Origin: Gammaproteobacteria bacterium UBA2675
GTDB lineage: Bacteria; Pseudomonadota; Gammaproteobacteria; Pseudomonadales; Pseudohongiellaceae
Direction of reading: 5' to 3'
Assembly (NCBI GenBank): GCA_002354805.1
Contig: DEMH01000015.1
Coordinates: forward strand, 116,021-180,020
Length of the DNA stretch: 64,000 nucleotides
Part shown: positions 45,214 to 55,125 of the stretch, one piece after another
How positions within the stretch are numbered: the stretch's first letter is position 1
How the letters are laid out: every line of letters begins with the position of its first letter
Notes under the pieces: model-generated
What the model saw: the letters and a program-made list of their open reading frames with translations, nothing else
What the model was told of the DNA's origin: nothing
Database searches by the model: none
Position numbers and translations under genes: made by a program

Positions 45214-45837
45214 TCACTCCTGATCTTGCAGGTGACCGTAGTCCTGATCATAGTCGGCCATTGACGCTGCGATGACTTCAGCGGCGCGGTCGAAGCCGTA
45301 AGGCTCGCCGATTGTGACCTTGTTTTCTTTGCCGGGCACCATCTTGTAGGTGCGGAAGTAGTGGGCGATGCGGTGAATCATGATGGGCGGCAGCTCGCTG
45401 ATTTCATTGACATGGCCAAACGCCGGGTCATCAACGAGGACGGCAACAATTTTGTCATCCGCCTCACCACCATCGTTCATTGGCAGGCCACCAACCACTT
45501 TCGCTTTCATCAGAATTTCAGTGCGGTCTATGGCCCGCTCGCTGATTACACAGATGTCCAGCGGGTCACCGTCGCCACATTCAGCACCAGGCATCAGGTC
45601 GCGTACACGATCGCCGCAGTAGGTCCGCGGGATAAATCCGTACAGTGTGGGTTGTTGTGCGGAGGTCGGCTGGGGTCTGTCGACGCACAGGTATCCCGAA
45701 TCCTTGTCAATTTCGTACTTCATCTGATCAAAGGGGCTGATTTCAATGTAGGCGGTAACAATACGCGGAACATCCGGGCCAGCAGCAATGCCGTGCCATG
45801 GGTGAGGGCGCCAGCGGGAAAACTTGGTTTTGCTCAT
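45214..45837 (-). CDS. ppa: inorganic pyrophosphatase (family I)
   Basis: YEIDKDSG...GFIPRT...[10 protein letters not shown]...DDKIVAV pattern. Confidence 0.8.
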   Translation of the reverse strand: MSKTKFSRWRPHPWHGIAAGPDVPRIVTAYIEISPFDQMKYEIDKDSGYLCVDRPQPTSAQQPTLYGFIPRTYCGDRVRDLMPGAECGDGDPLDICVISERAIDRTEILMKAKVVGGLPMNDGGEADDKIVAVLVDDPAFGHVNEISELPPIMIHRIAHYFRTYKMVPGKENKVTIGEPYGFDRAAEVIAASMADYDQDYGHLQDQE

Positions 45838-45971
45838 CTTCGATCAGTATCCTGTGTCAGTAGGTGAATGGTTGACAAAAAATCGGCTTGCCAGGTATCG
45901 CGTGCCGACAATAACGCACCTTTCAACAAACAATCGGTGCCAAAAAGGCGCGCATTATAACAACAGCAGGG

Positions 45972-47393
45972 TCAGCTTGCAGCAATCGGCACAACGCCCT
46001 CAATTAATGTGTTGGCCAGTTGGAGCAGCGTCTGATCGCCTCCCCAGGCGGCACTGAACATGACCCCGATGGGCAAACCCTGCTGACTCTGCCCCAGCGG
46101 CAGTGAGATGCTGGGCTGGCCGGTGCCGTTGAACAGCGCAGTAAACGGGCTGTAAGCGGCATAGCGGCTGGCGTATTCGCGCACGTCCTGGCTGTTCATG
46201 TCCAGCCAGCCCAGAGGGGCTGTCGGGCGGGCCAGCACCGGAGACAGTACAAGGTCATAGTGCTGGTGAAAGTCTGCTATTTGCCGTTCTATCGTTTTTA
46301 GTGTGTCGACTGCCTGCAGGTACTCACGGGCCGTGGCCTTGATGCCGCGCGCGACCATTCGTACCACTGACTCGGACAACTGTGCGTCTTTTAGTTCCAG
46401 CTGTTTTTGCTCCAGCAGGGGTGCGATGATCTGGGCTGCATGAATGTTGATAAGTACTGCCATGGCTCTGCCTGCAGCTGCGTAGTCCACGGGCGGCGCG
46501 GCGAGCGCAAGCTGATGTCCCATGGCTTCGCATCTACTGGCGGTTTCTTCTACGACCGCCTGACATTCCTGGTCAATATCGCCACCACCCGGGTGTTCCA
46601 GCTGCACCGCGATAGTCAGCTGGCCTGGAGCCCGCTGGCAGGCATCAGTAAAGCTTGAAGGCTGTGGTGGCAGGGCAAACAGGTCCGGCCTGGACAGCTT
46701 CTGTATATCCAGAAACGCGGCGCTGTCGCGCACCGAACGGCAGACAACATGGCTGACGCTCATGCCACTCCAGGCGTTACCCACATCAGGTTCAGTTACG
46801 GTCAGTCCGCGACTTGGTTTTAGACCAATCAGCCCGCAGCAGGCGGCTGGCACGCGTATGGAACCACCACCATCGCTGGCATCGGCAGCGGGCACAATAC
46901 CGGCAGCGACGGCACTGGCAGAGCCGCCGCTGCTGCCGCCGGCACTGAACTCCAGGTTATGCGGATTGCGGCACAGATCAAACAGTGACCACTCTGTGGT
47001 AATGGTCAGGCAAAGCTCTGGCGTGTTGCTGCTGGCAAAAGGAAGCAGCCCGGCATCGAAGTAGCGTTGTGCAATCCGGCTGTGCTGACGGGCGACATTG
47101 TCCCGCATCAATGGCGTGCTGCGTGTGTACGGCCAGTCCTTGACGGCATTGACCTCTTTGATCACAAATGGAACACCCGCCAGTGGCCCAGTACCTGGCT
47201 CGTGATCCTGTCGCCTGGCAAGTTCCATTGCCGATGTGTCTGCACGATGTACCAAAGCGTTCAGGTCAGGGTTGACGGCGTCTGCCCTCGCACAGGCAAT
47301 GGTCAACATCTCCTCGGCAGTAACTTCCCTTTTGCGGCACAACTGAGCCAGTCCTGTTGCGTCGTATTGGAGATACTCGTCAATCGTCAGCAT
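45972..47393 (-). CDS. amidase (amidase-signature family)
   Basis: AS signature GGSSGGSASAVAAG plus DGGGSIRVPAACCGL. Confidence 0.9.
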   Translation of the reverse strand: MLTIDEYLQYDATGLAQLCRKREVTAEEMLTIACARADAVNPDLNALVHRADTSAMELARRQDHEPGTGPLAGVPFVIKEVNAVKDWPYTRSTPLMRDNVARQHSRIAQRYFDAGLLPFASSNTPELCLTITTEWSLFDLCRNPHNLEFSAGGSSGGSASAVAAGIVPAADASDGGGSIRVPAACCGLIGLKPSRGLTVTEPDVGNAWSGMSVSHVVCRSVRDSAAFLDIQKLSRPDLFALPPQPSSFTDACQRAPGQLTIAVQLEHPGGGDIDQECQAVVEETASRCEAMGHQLALAAPPVDYAAAGRAMAVLINIHAAQIIAPLLEQKQLELKDAQLSESVVRMVARGIKATAREYLQAVDTLKTIERQIADFHQHYDLVLSPVLARPTAPLGWLDMNSQDVREYASRYAAYSPFTALFNGTGQPSISLPLGQSQQGLPIGVMFSAAWGGDQTLLQLANTLIEGVVPIAAS

Positions 47394-47436
47394 ATAGATT
47401 CCCTGGTTTGATTTTTCGGATCAATTGAGTTGTGGG

Positions 47437-49170
47437 TCAATCAAGCACAGTGACATTGCGCCCCGCCGATTTGGCTTCAGTGAGCATGTCGTCGAGCTGT
47501 CGTAACAAAACGGTAATATCTTTGTCAGCCGTCATGGTAATGATGGCAACGCTTACGGTTAGCTTCATGGACTGTTCTTCATCGTCCAGACTGATATCAG
47601 TAAGTGTCTGGTGTAAACGATCCGCCACCGCTCCTGCCTGATGCTTGTCTGTTGCCGGCAGTAATATAAGAAACTCCCGGTCGCCCCAGCGGCAGACAAC
47701 ATCGTACTGGCGAAAAACGCTGTTACAGATCCCTGCGAATCTGACCAGTACCTGATCACCTATTTCGTGGCCATATTGCTCATTGATATGCCGGAAATGA
47801 TCGATGTTGGCCAGCAGCAGACAGGCAGTGCGGTCGCCGCGTTGAATCCGGGCGTGTTCCTGTCGCAATCGTTCAGAAAAACTGTGCCGATTGTTCAGTC
47901 CGGTCAAAGAATCAGTGGTTTGCAGCTTTTCCAGTCTGCTCTTCAGGTGCTGAACTTCTTGCTGCAGTGCCTCAACCTGTTCGGCCTCCGTATCGGAGTT
48001 AAGGGTATTGACCGACGGCAATTCTGCCGACCAGCGATGCATGACGGAATCGATGTCGGTGAAAGTGGGGCTTGCGCCGCAGCTGGAGGGGGTGCGTGAA
48101 AAGCGCGGTGCCGGCGCAGGTTGATATTTGCCTGATTGGCCAGCCAGGCTGACAAAAGTCTCGCGTGCTCTGTTGTGTGGGTGCTCTGGCGCTTCCGACA
48201 TGCTGAGCACAGGTGCAAAGCAGGCGTCGGTTCCTTCCAGTAATTCACACCAGTGGTCACGGGAACGCATTGCAAATAGATGTTTGAGCTGTTCCTGCAT
48301 GCGTTGCCAGTTGTGCTGATTCATTTGCTCAAACAACAGGGTGTTTTCCTTGTTTGCTTTGACTTCGCAACGCAGCAGCAGCTCCTCATAGAACTGAGGT
48401 TCAATCGGGGCAATACTGATAAATTTGCCATCGGCACATTTATAGCACTGATAGAAAGGTGCACCGCCATCGAGCAGATTTTTCCCTGGTGGCTGTGTCC
48501 AGCGTCCGGAGTTATACAGCGCATAGGGCAGTGACATCAACAGCGCGGTACCGTCACTCATTGCGGCATCTATCACCTGGCCCCTGGCTGATTTTGTGCG
48601 TTCATGCAGGGCAGCAAGCACACCCGACATCAGAAGCATGCCGCCACCACCATAGTCGCCAACAAGGTTGAGTGGTGGGCGCGGTGGGGTCTCTCCATCT
48701 GCCATGGCATGCAGGGCGCCGCTCAAGGCGATGTAATTAAGATCATGGCCAGCCGCTGCAGCCAGAGGACCCTGCTGGCCCCAGCCTGTCATGCGTCCAT
48801 AGATGAGCCGCGGATTGTCCGCCATACACTGCTCCGGCCCCAGGCCAAGCCGCTCCATCACGCCAGGGCGGAATCCCTCCAGTAATACATCCGCCTGTGC
48901 AATGAGTCGTCGTGCCTGCTCAAGATCGCCAGTTTTTTTAAGGTTGAGTGTGAGATTCTGCCGACCACGATCCATGGCATTGAGCGAGCGTGAGTCTATG
49001 CTGTTTGAGCGCTCGACACGAACAACGTCGGCACCCATGTCGGCCAGCATCATTGCAGTAAACGGAACCGGGCCGATGGCCGCCATCTCCACAACTTTCA
49101 GACCCTGCAGCGGGCCGCCTGAAGTTTCCTGCGACTGCTGGATGCTGTTGTTGTCTGATTTTGGTGTCAT
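47437..49170 (-). CDS. fusion protein: family III CoA-transferase / alpha-methylacyl-CoA racemase-like domain + coiled coil + degenerate GGDEF domain
   Basis: N-terminal ~400 aa: LKVVEMAAIGPVPFTAMMLADMGADVVRVER, GHDLNYIALSG, LVGDYGGGG, LLDGGAPFYQCYKCADGKFISIAPIEPQFY. Linker: EAEQVEALQQEVQHLKSRLEKLQ. C-terminal 159 aa (47440..47916): DSLTGLNNR, NIDHFRHINEQYGHEIGD, RQYD-VVCRW-GDREF. I preferred ATG 49170 to the track's TTG at 49218. Confidence 0.85.
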   Translation of the reverse strand: MTPKSDNNSIQQSQETSGGPLQGLKVVEMAAIGPVPFTAMMLADMGADVVRVERSNSIDSRSLNAMDRGRQNLTLNLKKTGDLEQARRLIAQADVLLEGFRPGVMERLGLGPEQCMADNPRLIYGRMTGWGQQGPLAAAAGHDLNYIALSGALHAMADGETPPRPPLNLVGDYGGGGMLLMSGVLAALHERTKSARGQVIDAAMSDGTALLMSLPYALYNSGRWTQPPGKNLLDGGAPFYQCYKCADGKFISIAPIEPQFYEELLLRCEVKANKENTLLFEQMNQHNWQRMQEQLKHLFAMRSRDHWCELLEGTDACFAPVLSMSEAPEHPHNRARETFVSLAGQSGKYQPAPAPRFSRTPSSCGASPTFTDIDSVMHRWSAELPSVNTLNSDTEAEQVEALQQEVQHLKSRLEKLQTTDSLTGLNNRHSFSERLRQEHARIQRGDRTACLLLANIDHFRHINEQYGHEIGDQVLVRFAGICNSVFRQYDVVCRWGDREFLILLPATDKHQAGAVADRLHQTLTDISLDDEEQSMKLTVSVAIITMTADKDITVLLRQLDDMLTEAKSAGRNVTVLD

Positions 49171-49285
49171 TGTTGTTTTTCTCACCCGATGTTGATCTTG
49201 TTTTAAGTGCGCTATCAATAAGCACTTGCTTCAGCAGTTCGCATCTTACATGCTTGCATAATTGACTGCATGCGGAGGTTTTACC

Positions 49286-50050
49286 ATGGAGATTCAGGAA
49301 AAAACAGCATTTGTGACAGGCGCTGCCTCAGGCCTTGGGCTTGCCGCTACCCGGGCGCTGGTCGCCGGTGGTGCGAAAGTGCTGATGTTTGACCGAGATG
49401 AAGAACGGCTGCTTGAAGCTGCAGCGAGCGTGGCAGGGGAGGTGGCCTGGCAGGCTGGCGACATTACAGACGAGCAGAGTGTGCAGCGTGCCGTTGATTC
49501 TGCAATCCAACAGTTTGGCGGGCTGCATATCAATATCAATTGTGCTGGTATCGGCGGTGCTGCCAAAACCGTGGGCCGTGATGGTCCCATGCCGCTTGAT
49601 ATGTTTCGCCGAATTGTCGATGTAAATCTGATTGGCACGTTTAACGTGCTGCGTCTGTGTGCAGCTGCCATGTGTCAGCGAGAGCTTGAGGGTGATGCAG
49701 ACCGGGGAGTGATTATCAATGTTGCCTCGGTGGCAGCCTTCGATGGGCAGCGCGGGCAGGCTGCGTACAGCGCCGCCAAGGGCGGACTGGTCGGCATGAC
49801 GCTGCCAATAGCCAGAGATCTGGCTCGCGACCAGATACGGATCATGACAGTCGCCCCCGGTGTCTTTTCAACACCGATGATGCAGGCGGCTCCTGAACAG
49901 GTTCGAGACGCCCTGGTGCAGTCTATTCAGTATCCCAAACGGATGGGCTTGCCGGAAGAATTTGCCGACCTGGCGCTATCCATTGTCAGAAATCGCTATC
50001 TGAACGGCGAGGTGATCCGCCTGGATGGCGGTGTGAGAATGCCGCCCTGA
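49286..50050 (+). CDS. SDR family oxidoreductase, 3-hydroxyacyl-CoA dehydrogenase type-2-like
   Basis: TGAASGLG cofactor motif and a YSAAK catalytic motif. ATG 49286 has a GGAGG SD; the track start is a TTG at 49262. Confidence 0.85.
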   Translation: MEIQEKTAFVTGAASGLGLAATRALVAGGAKVLMFDRDEERLLEAAASVAGEVAWQAGDITDEQSVQRAVDSAIQQFGGLHININCAGIGGAAKTVGRDGPMPLDMFRRIVDVNLIGTFNVLRLCAAAMCQRELEGDADRGVIINVASVAAFDGQRGQAAYSAAKGGLVGMTLPIARDLARDQIRIMTVAPGVFSTPMMQAAPEQVRDALVQSIQYPKRMGLPEEFADLALSIVRNRYLNGEVIRLDGGVRMPP

Positions 50051-50054
50051 AGCT

Positions 50055-51224
50055 TCAGTCTTTGGGGCGCAGCGACAATCCGCTGTAATCGAAATCGGTG
50101 TTTTCCTTTTTGGTCTGAGTGCTGTTGTCCTGCCGGCTGACACCAGCAGCTGTACCCAGCTGCCCGCCACCGGCCAGTTCAAGTCGCAGCCGCAGATTGT
50201 TCTTGGAATCGGCATTGCGCAGTGCTTCGTCTATGGAAATTCTGCCTTCGCGGACCAGGCCAAACAGGGCTGAGTCAAATGTGCGCATACCCTGTTCTTC
50301 CGATTTCTCCATAACCTCTTTGATCTCGTCAACTTTCCCCTGACGAATAAGGTCGGTCACCCTGGGTGTGCCGAGCAGGATTTCGAATGCTGCCGCCCTG
50401 CGACCATCAGTCGAAGGAATAAGCCGTTGCGAGATCAGTCCGCGAAGATTCAGCGACAGGTCCATAAACAGCTGGCGATGACGCTCTTCCGGGAAAAAAT
50501 TGATAATTCTGTCCAGAGCCTGATTGGCATTGTTGGCATGTAATGTTGCCAGACAGAGATGGCCGGTCTCGGCAAACGCGATCGCATGTTCCATGGTGTC
50601 CTGGCCGCGGATTTCACCGATCAGGATCACGTCGGGTGCCTGGCGCAGGGTGTTTTTCAGGGCATTCTGATAATTGAGAGTATCTATGCCTACTTCGCGC
50701 TGACTGATCAAAGACTTTTGGTGCGGATAGATGAATTCTATGGGGTCTTCCACTGTGACGATGTGGCCACTGTCATGGGCATTACGATGATTGATCAAAG
50801 CCGCCAGTGAAGTTGACTTGCCGGTGCCCGTGCCGCCAACAAACAGGATCAGACCGCGTTTTTCCATGACCAGCTGTTTAAGAATGTCAGGGTGTCCCAA
50901 TTGCTGCGGCGTGGGAATTTCAGTCTTGATATGCCTGAAAACAAGTGCAGTCTGTCCGCGCTGGCGATAGACATTGACACGAAAACGGCCAACGTCCGGT
51001 TCCAGCCATGCCAGATTCATTTCGGACTCGCGCCGGAACTGCTCGGCCTGTTCGCTCGACATGATGTGGCTTGCCAGCGCTTCAGTGTCGCGTTCGCTGA
51101 CGGGCGAGTCTGATATCGCACTGACCTTGCCGAAAACCTTGATGCTGGCCGGCGCACCGACGGTCACAAAAAGATCCGAGGCTTCTTTGGCTACCATCGT
51201 GCTCAACAGGTTCTGAAGGTCCAT
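50055..51224 (-). CDS. pilU: PilT/PilU-family type IV pilus retraction ATPase (PilU-like)
   Basis: Walker A GGTGTGKST; VEDPIEF; RQAPDVILIGEIR; ETGHLCLATLHANNANQALDRI. ATG 51224 has an AGGAGA SD; the track start at 51308 overlaps pyrB. Confidence 0.85.
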   Translation of the reverse strand: MDLQNLLSTMVAKEASDLFVTVGAPASIKVFGKVSAISDSPVSERDTEALASHIMSSEQAEQFRRESEMNLAWLEPDVGRFRVNVYRQRGQTALVFRHIKTEIPTPQQLGHPDILKQLVMEKRGLILFVGGTGTGKSTSLAALINHRNAHDSGHIVTVEDPIEFIYPHQKSLISQREVGIDTLNYQNALKNTLRQAPDVILIGEIRGQDTMEHAIAFAETGHLCLATLHANNANQALDRIINFFPEERHRQLFMDLSLNLRGLISQRLIPSTDGRRAAAFEILLGTPRVTDLIRQGKVDEIKEVMEKSEEQGMRTFDSALFGLVREGRISIDEALRNADSKNNLRLRLELAGGGQLGTAAGVSRQDNSTQTKKENTDFDYSGLSLRPKD

Positions 51225-51243
51225 GGGTGTCTCTCCTGACGGC

Positions 51244-52257
51244 TCAGAAGCGGCGCTCTGTATACCAGTTGACGTCGCGAGCGTGTTTATCAACCTGATC
51301 TGCAACATCCAGCGTCAGCGCGAACAATGCCATACGTACCAGCACTCCATTGTCTGTCTGGCGAAAAATGGCCAGATTGGGGTGCTGGTTCAGATCATTA
51401 TCAAGTTCATTGGCATCGTCACGAGAATCACGGGGCAGTGGATGCATGATGACCGTGTTGGGCTGACAGTAGCGTGTGTAGATTGCCTGGTTAAGGCGGA
51501 AGCGTCCCCGGTAGAGGTCGGCCTCCATCTTGCTGGCGAAACGTTCTTCCTGGATCCGCGTCAGGTACACGATGTCATTGGCGGTCAGGCCTGACTCCAT
51601 GTCTTCGGTTTCCACAACTTCGTGACCACGCTGACGGAGTTCTTCAACGATCTCCTCCGGCATGCGCAATTCCCTGGGTGAAATCAGGGTGAAGCGAATA
51701 TTGCTGTACAGGCTGACCAGCTGGGACAGTGAGTGGACCGTGCGGCCGTGCTTAAGGTCGCCGACCATGGCCAGATGCATGCCGTCGATACCCTGCTGGC
51801 GTGACATCAGTTCGCGCTTGATGGTGTAAAGGTCCAGCAGGGCCTGACTGGGGTGTTCATTGGGGCCATCGCCGGCGTTCAGTACCGGGACCCGGCTGGC
51901 CCTTGAAAACTCAGCGACCGAGCCGGCCTGGGGGTGGCGCATGACGATGATGTCGCTGTAGCCGCTCATTACACGTCCAGTGTCGTAGAGAGACTCGCCT
52001 TTGGTCAGCGAGCTGGCTTTGATATCGGTTGTCTCTCGCACTTCACCGCCCAGCAGATTGAAGGCGCAACCGAAGCTGACGCGCGTGCGGGTACTCGGTT
52101 CGAAAAACATATTGCCGAGAATGGCGCCATCAAGCACTTTGGTTACCCGTTCACGGTGCGCGTACGGGCGCATGGCGCTGGCTACGTCGAAGATGCGCTC
52201 GACATCGCTGCGTTCGAACTGGGACACACTGATGATGTGGGCTCCTGGAAAATGCAT
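51244..52257 (-). CDS. pyrB: aspartate carbamoyltransferase catalytic chain
   Basis: FFEPSTRTR, HPSQALLDL, GDLKHGRTVHS and HPLPR motifs. Confidence 0.85.
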   Translation of the reverse strand: MHFPGAHIISVSQFERSDVERIFDVASAMRPYAHRERVTKVLDGAILGNMFFEPSTRTRVSFGCAFNLLGGEVRETTDIKASSLTKGESLYDTGRVMSGYSDIIVMRHPQAGSVAEFSRASRVPVLNAGDGPNEHPSQALLDLYTIKRELMSRQQGIDGMHLAMVGDLKHGRTVHSLSQLVSLYSNIRFTLISPRELRMPEEIVEELRQRGHEVVETEDMESGLTANDIVYLTRIQEERFASKMEADLYRGRFRLNQAIYTRYCQPNTVIMHPLPRDSRDDANELDNDLNQHPNLAIFRQTDNGVLVRMALFALTLDVADQVDKHARDVNWYTERRF

Positions 52258-52379
52258 AGCTGGTTTCCCTGCAAAGATGGTGAGGCGCCCGGAACGAATC
52301 CAGGCGAATGATAGCTGCCGCCAAGTTTACACCACTTGAGGCGCTTCAATAACCGGCCTTCGTGCTATATTCCGGAGCC

Positions 52380-53894
52380 ATGACTTCCAATCAGCACCCA
52401 CGACACGCAGGTAATGGCTCAGGGCCCAGTCTGTACTGGCATGACTACGAGGCTTTTGGCGCGGATGCACGTCGCGACCGCGCCTGCCAGTTTGCCGGTA
52501 TTCGTACTGACATGGACCTGAATGAGGTTGGTGAACCTCTGATTATCTACTGTCAGCCAGCCCTCGATTATCTGCCTCACCCTCAGGCTTGCCTGATTAC
52601 GGGGATTACGCCGCAACTGGCGCAGCGAGAAGGCCTGCCAGAAGCGGAGTTCATCCGACAGATTCACGCGCAGTTTAGCCAGCCACAAACCTGTGGCGTG
52701 GGTTACAACAGTATTGGTTATGATGACGAGATGACGCGTCAGCTGCTGTATCGCAACCTTTACGACCCCTACGAACGTGAGTGGAAGAATGGCAATTCCC
52801 GGTGGGATCTGATGGATGTGATGCGCCTTTGTCATGCCCTGCGTCCCGCGGGCCTGCAGTGGCCGCAACGAAGCGACGGAGGTGTTTCATTCCGTCTTGA
52901 AGATCTGAGCCGGGCCAACGGGATCGATCATGCAAATGCACACGATGCGCTGGCAGATGTGCGTGCCACCATCGGTCTTGCTCGCTGTGTCAGACAGTCG
53001 CAACCGAAACTTTATGATTTCGCATTTGAGCTGCGGCGCAAACACAGTGTCCGTGCCCAGCTGGATCTGGCCTCACATCGGCCAGTGCTGCACGTCAGTG
53101 GCATGTACCCCGCTGCGCAAGGCTGCCTGACAATAGCCATGCCACTGGCTGCGCACCCAACTGACGCAAATGGTGTATTGCTTTATGACCTGATGATTGA
53201 TCCCGGGCCCTGGCTCGAATGCGATGAGTCGGCACTCCGGCAGGCGATGTTCACGCCGGCGTCAGAGCGGTCAGAAGGGGAGCGACGCCTGCCGGTGACT
53301 ACCGTCCATCTCAATCGCAGCCCGATGCTGGCACCAATGGCGACACTGGACCAGCAGCGCATGCAGGAACTGGGCATTGACATGTCAGTTGCGCGCCAAC
53401 ACTGGGGGAAAATCCATTCTCAGCCGGACTTCATGCGCCGGATTGCCAGTGCCATGGTCAGCGAGCAGGCGCCATCTGTGCAGATTGATCCAGACTTTAT
53501 GATCTACAGTGGTGGTTTTTTCAGCGACGCTGACAAACGTCTGTTACAGAAGGTCAGACAGCTCGACGCGCAGACGCTGAAACAACAGTTTTCTGCAATA
53601 AGTGCTCAGTTTCGCGATGGGCGATTGCCGGAAATGCTGTTTCGCTACCGTGCGCGCAACTTCCCGTCCACGCTTGATGCGACGGAGCAGAAGCGCTGGC
53701 AGGAATTCTGCAGGCAGCGGTTGCAGCTGGCAGAGCCTGATGATACCGGCACACTGGCTGGTCTCAGTGTGCAACAGTGCCGCCAGGAGATTTCTTTGTT
53801 GCGTCAGGAGCTTGGCGGAGCGTCGGATAAGCTGCAGATACTCGACGCACTGGAGCAATGGGTCGAGTCAGTTTGCCTGAGACTGGCAAAATGA
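52380..53894 (+). CDS. sbcB: exodeoxyribonuclease I
   Basis: LYWHDYEAFG...DRACQFAGIRTD, GYNSIGYDDEMTR, NAHDALADV (DEDDh exonuclease). The start is uncertain: ATG 52380 or GTG 52362. Confidence 0.9.
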   Translation: MTSNQHPRHAGNGSGPSLYWHDYEAFGADARRDRACQFAGIRTDMDLNEVGEPLIIYCQPALDYLPHPQACLITGITPQLAQREGLPEAEFIRQIHAQFSQPQTCGVGYNSIGYDDEMTRQLLYRNLYDPYEREWKNGNSRWDLMDVMRLCHALRPAGLQWPQRSDGGVSFRLEDLSRANGIDHANAHDALADVRATIGLARCVRQSQPKLYDFAFELRRKHSVRAQLDLASHRPVLHVSGMYPAAQGCLTIAMPLAAHPTDANGVLLYDLMIDPGPWLECDESALRQAMFTPASERSEGERRLPVTTVHLNRSPMLAPMATLDQQRMQELGIDMSVARQHWGKIHSQPDFMRRIASAMVSEQAPSVQIDPDFMIYSGGFFSDADKRLLQKVRQLDAQTLKQQFSAISAQFRDGRLPEMLFRYRARNFPSTLDATEQKRWQEFCRQRLQLAEPDDTGTLAGLSVQQCRQEISLLRQELGGASDKLQILDALEQWVESVCLRLAK

Positions 53895-53935
53895 GTAGAA
53901 TCGCGCGCACTCGCATCGCCATGGCTGACTAACGA

Positions 53936-55117
53936 ATGACAGAGTCTTTAGCAGACACACAGCAACAGGATCCATTCCACGATATTCGTCCTTATCATGA
54001 CGACGAGATCAGGCCGGTTCTGGACCAGCTACTTTCCGATAAAGACTTCATCCGCAGTATTGCCCATTTTAATTACCCCCGGGCGCATCGCATGCTGCCA
54101 GCTGTGCTGGAGTTTCTGGCGCGTCGCAAGTTACATCAGCAACTGCGAAGTGTTCACAACGTGGCTACGATGCAGGATGTGATTGCGGGTTATATGGATC
54201 GCATGATCGAGCGGACCACAACCGCGCTGACCCACAGCGGTCTCGACCAGTTATCGAAGGACAAATCCTATCTCTTTATCAGCAACCATCGCGACATCGC
54301 AATGGACCCGGCATTTGTCAATTACATGCTGTATCACGCAGGTTTTGACACTCTATACATTGCGATTGGCGACAACCTGCTCAAGCGACCATTTGTTACA
54401 GACCTGATGCGGCTGAACAAGAGTTTTATTGTGAAACGCTCCCTGAAAGGACGAGAGCTGCTGAAATCGAGCAAACAGCTGTCGGCCTATATTCACCATT
54501 GTGTGGAGATCAATCGCAATGTCTGGATTGCCCAGCGCGAGGGGCGCGCCAAAGATGGCATTGACAGGACCGAAACGGCGCTGCTGAAAATGCTCGCCAT
54601 GCATAAGCGCAGTGCGGGTCTTGCGCAGTCACTCAATGAGCTGCATATCGTTCCGGTTTCCATCTCTTACCAGTTTGATCCCTGTGACGCGATGAAAGCC
54701 GATGAGCTTTATCAGAAACAGACGACTGGCACGTATATCAAAACCGAAAAGAGTGATATCGACAGTATCGTAACGGGTATGGTTGGCTTTAAGGGTGATG
54801 TGCATGTTGCGTTTGGATCAGAGCTGAAGCTTGAAACCGACGATGATGAACAGGTCGCGGCAATGATTGATCAGCAGGTCGTGAATAACTATCGTCTGCA
54901 ACAGACCAATCTGATGGCCTATCGGCAGTTGCGTGAACAGGGCGATAGTGATCTGCCGGCACTAAACGAGGAATGTGAGCAACAGCTTGCCAGCCTGCCA
55001 CAGGATGCAGTGGTGGCCGAACGGTTTCAGCAGCGCATAGCGGCCATGCCGAAAGAAATTCAGCCGCTGGCCCTGCGCATGTATGCCAATCCGGTGGTCA
55101 GCCGCTTCCGGCGTTAA
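53936..55117 (+). CDS. acyltransferase of the PlsC/LPLAT family
   Basis: HX4D motif in FISNHRDIAMDP; later EGRAKDG block. Confidence 0.75.
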   Translation: MTESLADTQQQDPFHDIRPYHDDEIRPVLDQLLSDKDFIRSIAHFNYPRAHRMLPAVLEFLARRKLHQQLRSVHNVATMQDVIAGYMDRMIERTTTALTHSGLDQLSKDKSYLFISNHRDIAMDPAFVNYMLYHAGFDTLYIAIGDNLLKRPFVTDLMRLNKSFIVKRSLKGRELLKSSKQLSAYIHHCVEINRNVWIAQREGRAKDGIDRTETALLKMLAMHKRSAGLAQSLNELHIVPVSISYQFDPCDAMKADELYQKQTTGTYIKTEKSDIDSIVTGMVGFKGDVHVAFGSELKLETDDDEQVAAMIDQQVVNNYRLQQTNLMAYRQLREQGDSDLPALNEECEQQLASLPQDAVVAERFQQRIAAMPKEIQPLALRMYANPVVSRFRR

Positions 55118-55125
55118 CGGTTGTT

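Noticed and set aside
45838-45971. Sigma54-like TGGCA...TTTTTG string on the minus strand upstream of ppa.
   Set aside because: The GG-N10-GC spacing is not satisfied; TT occupies the -12 position.
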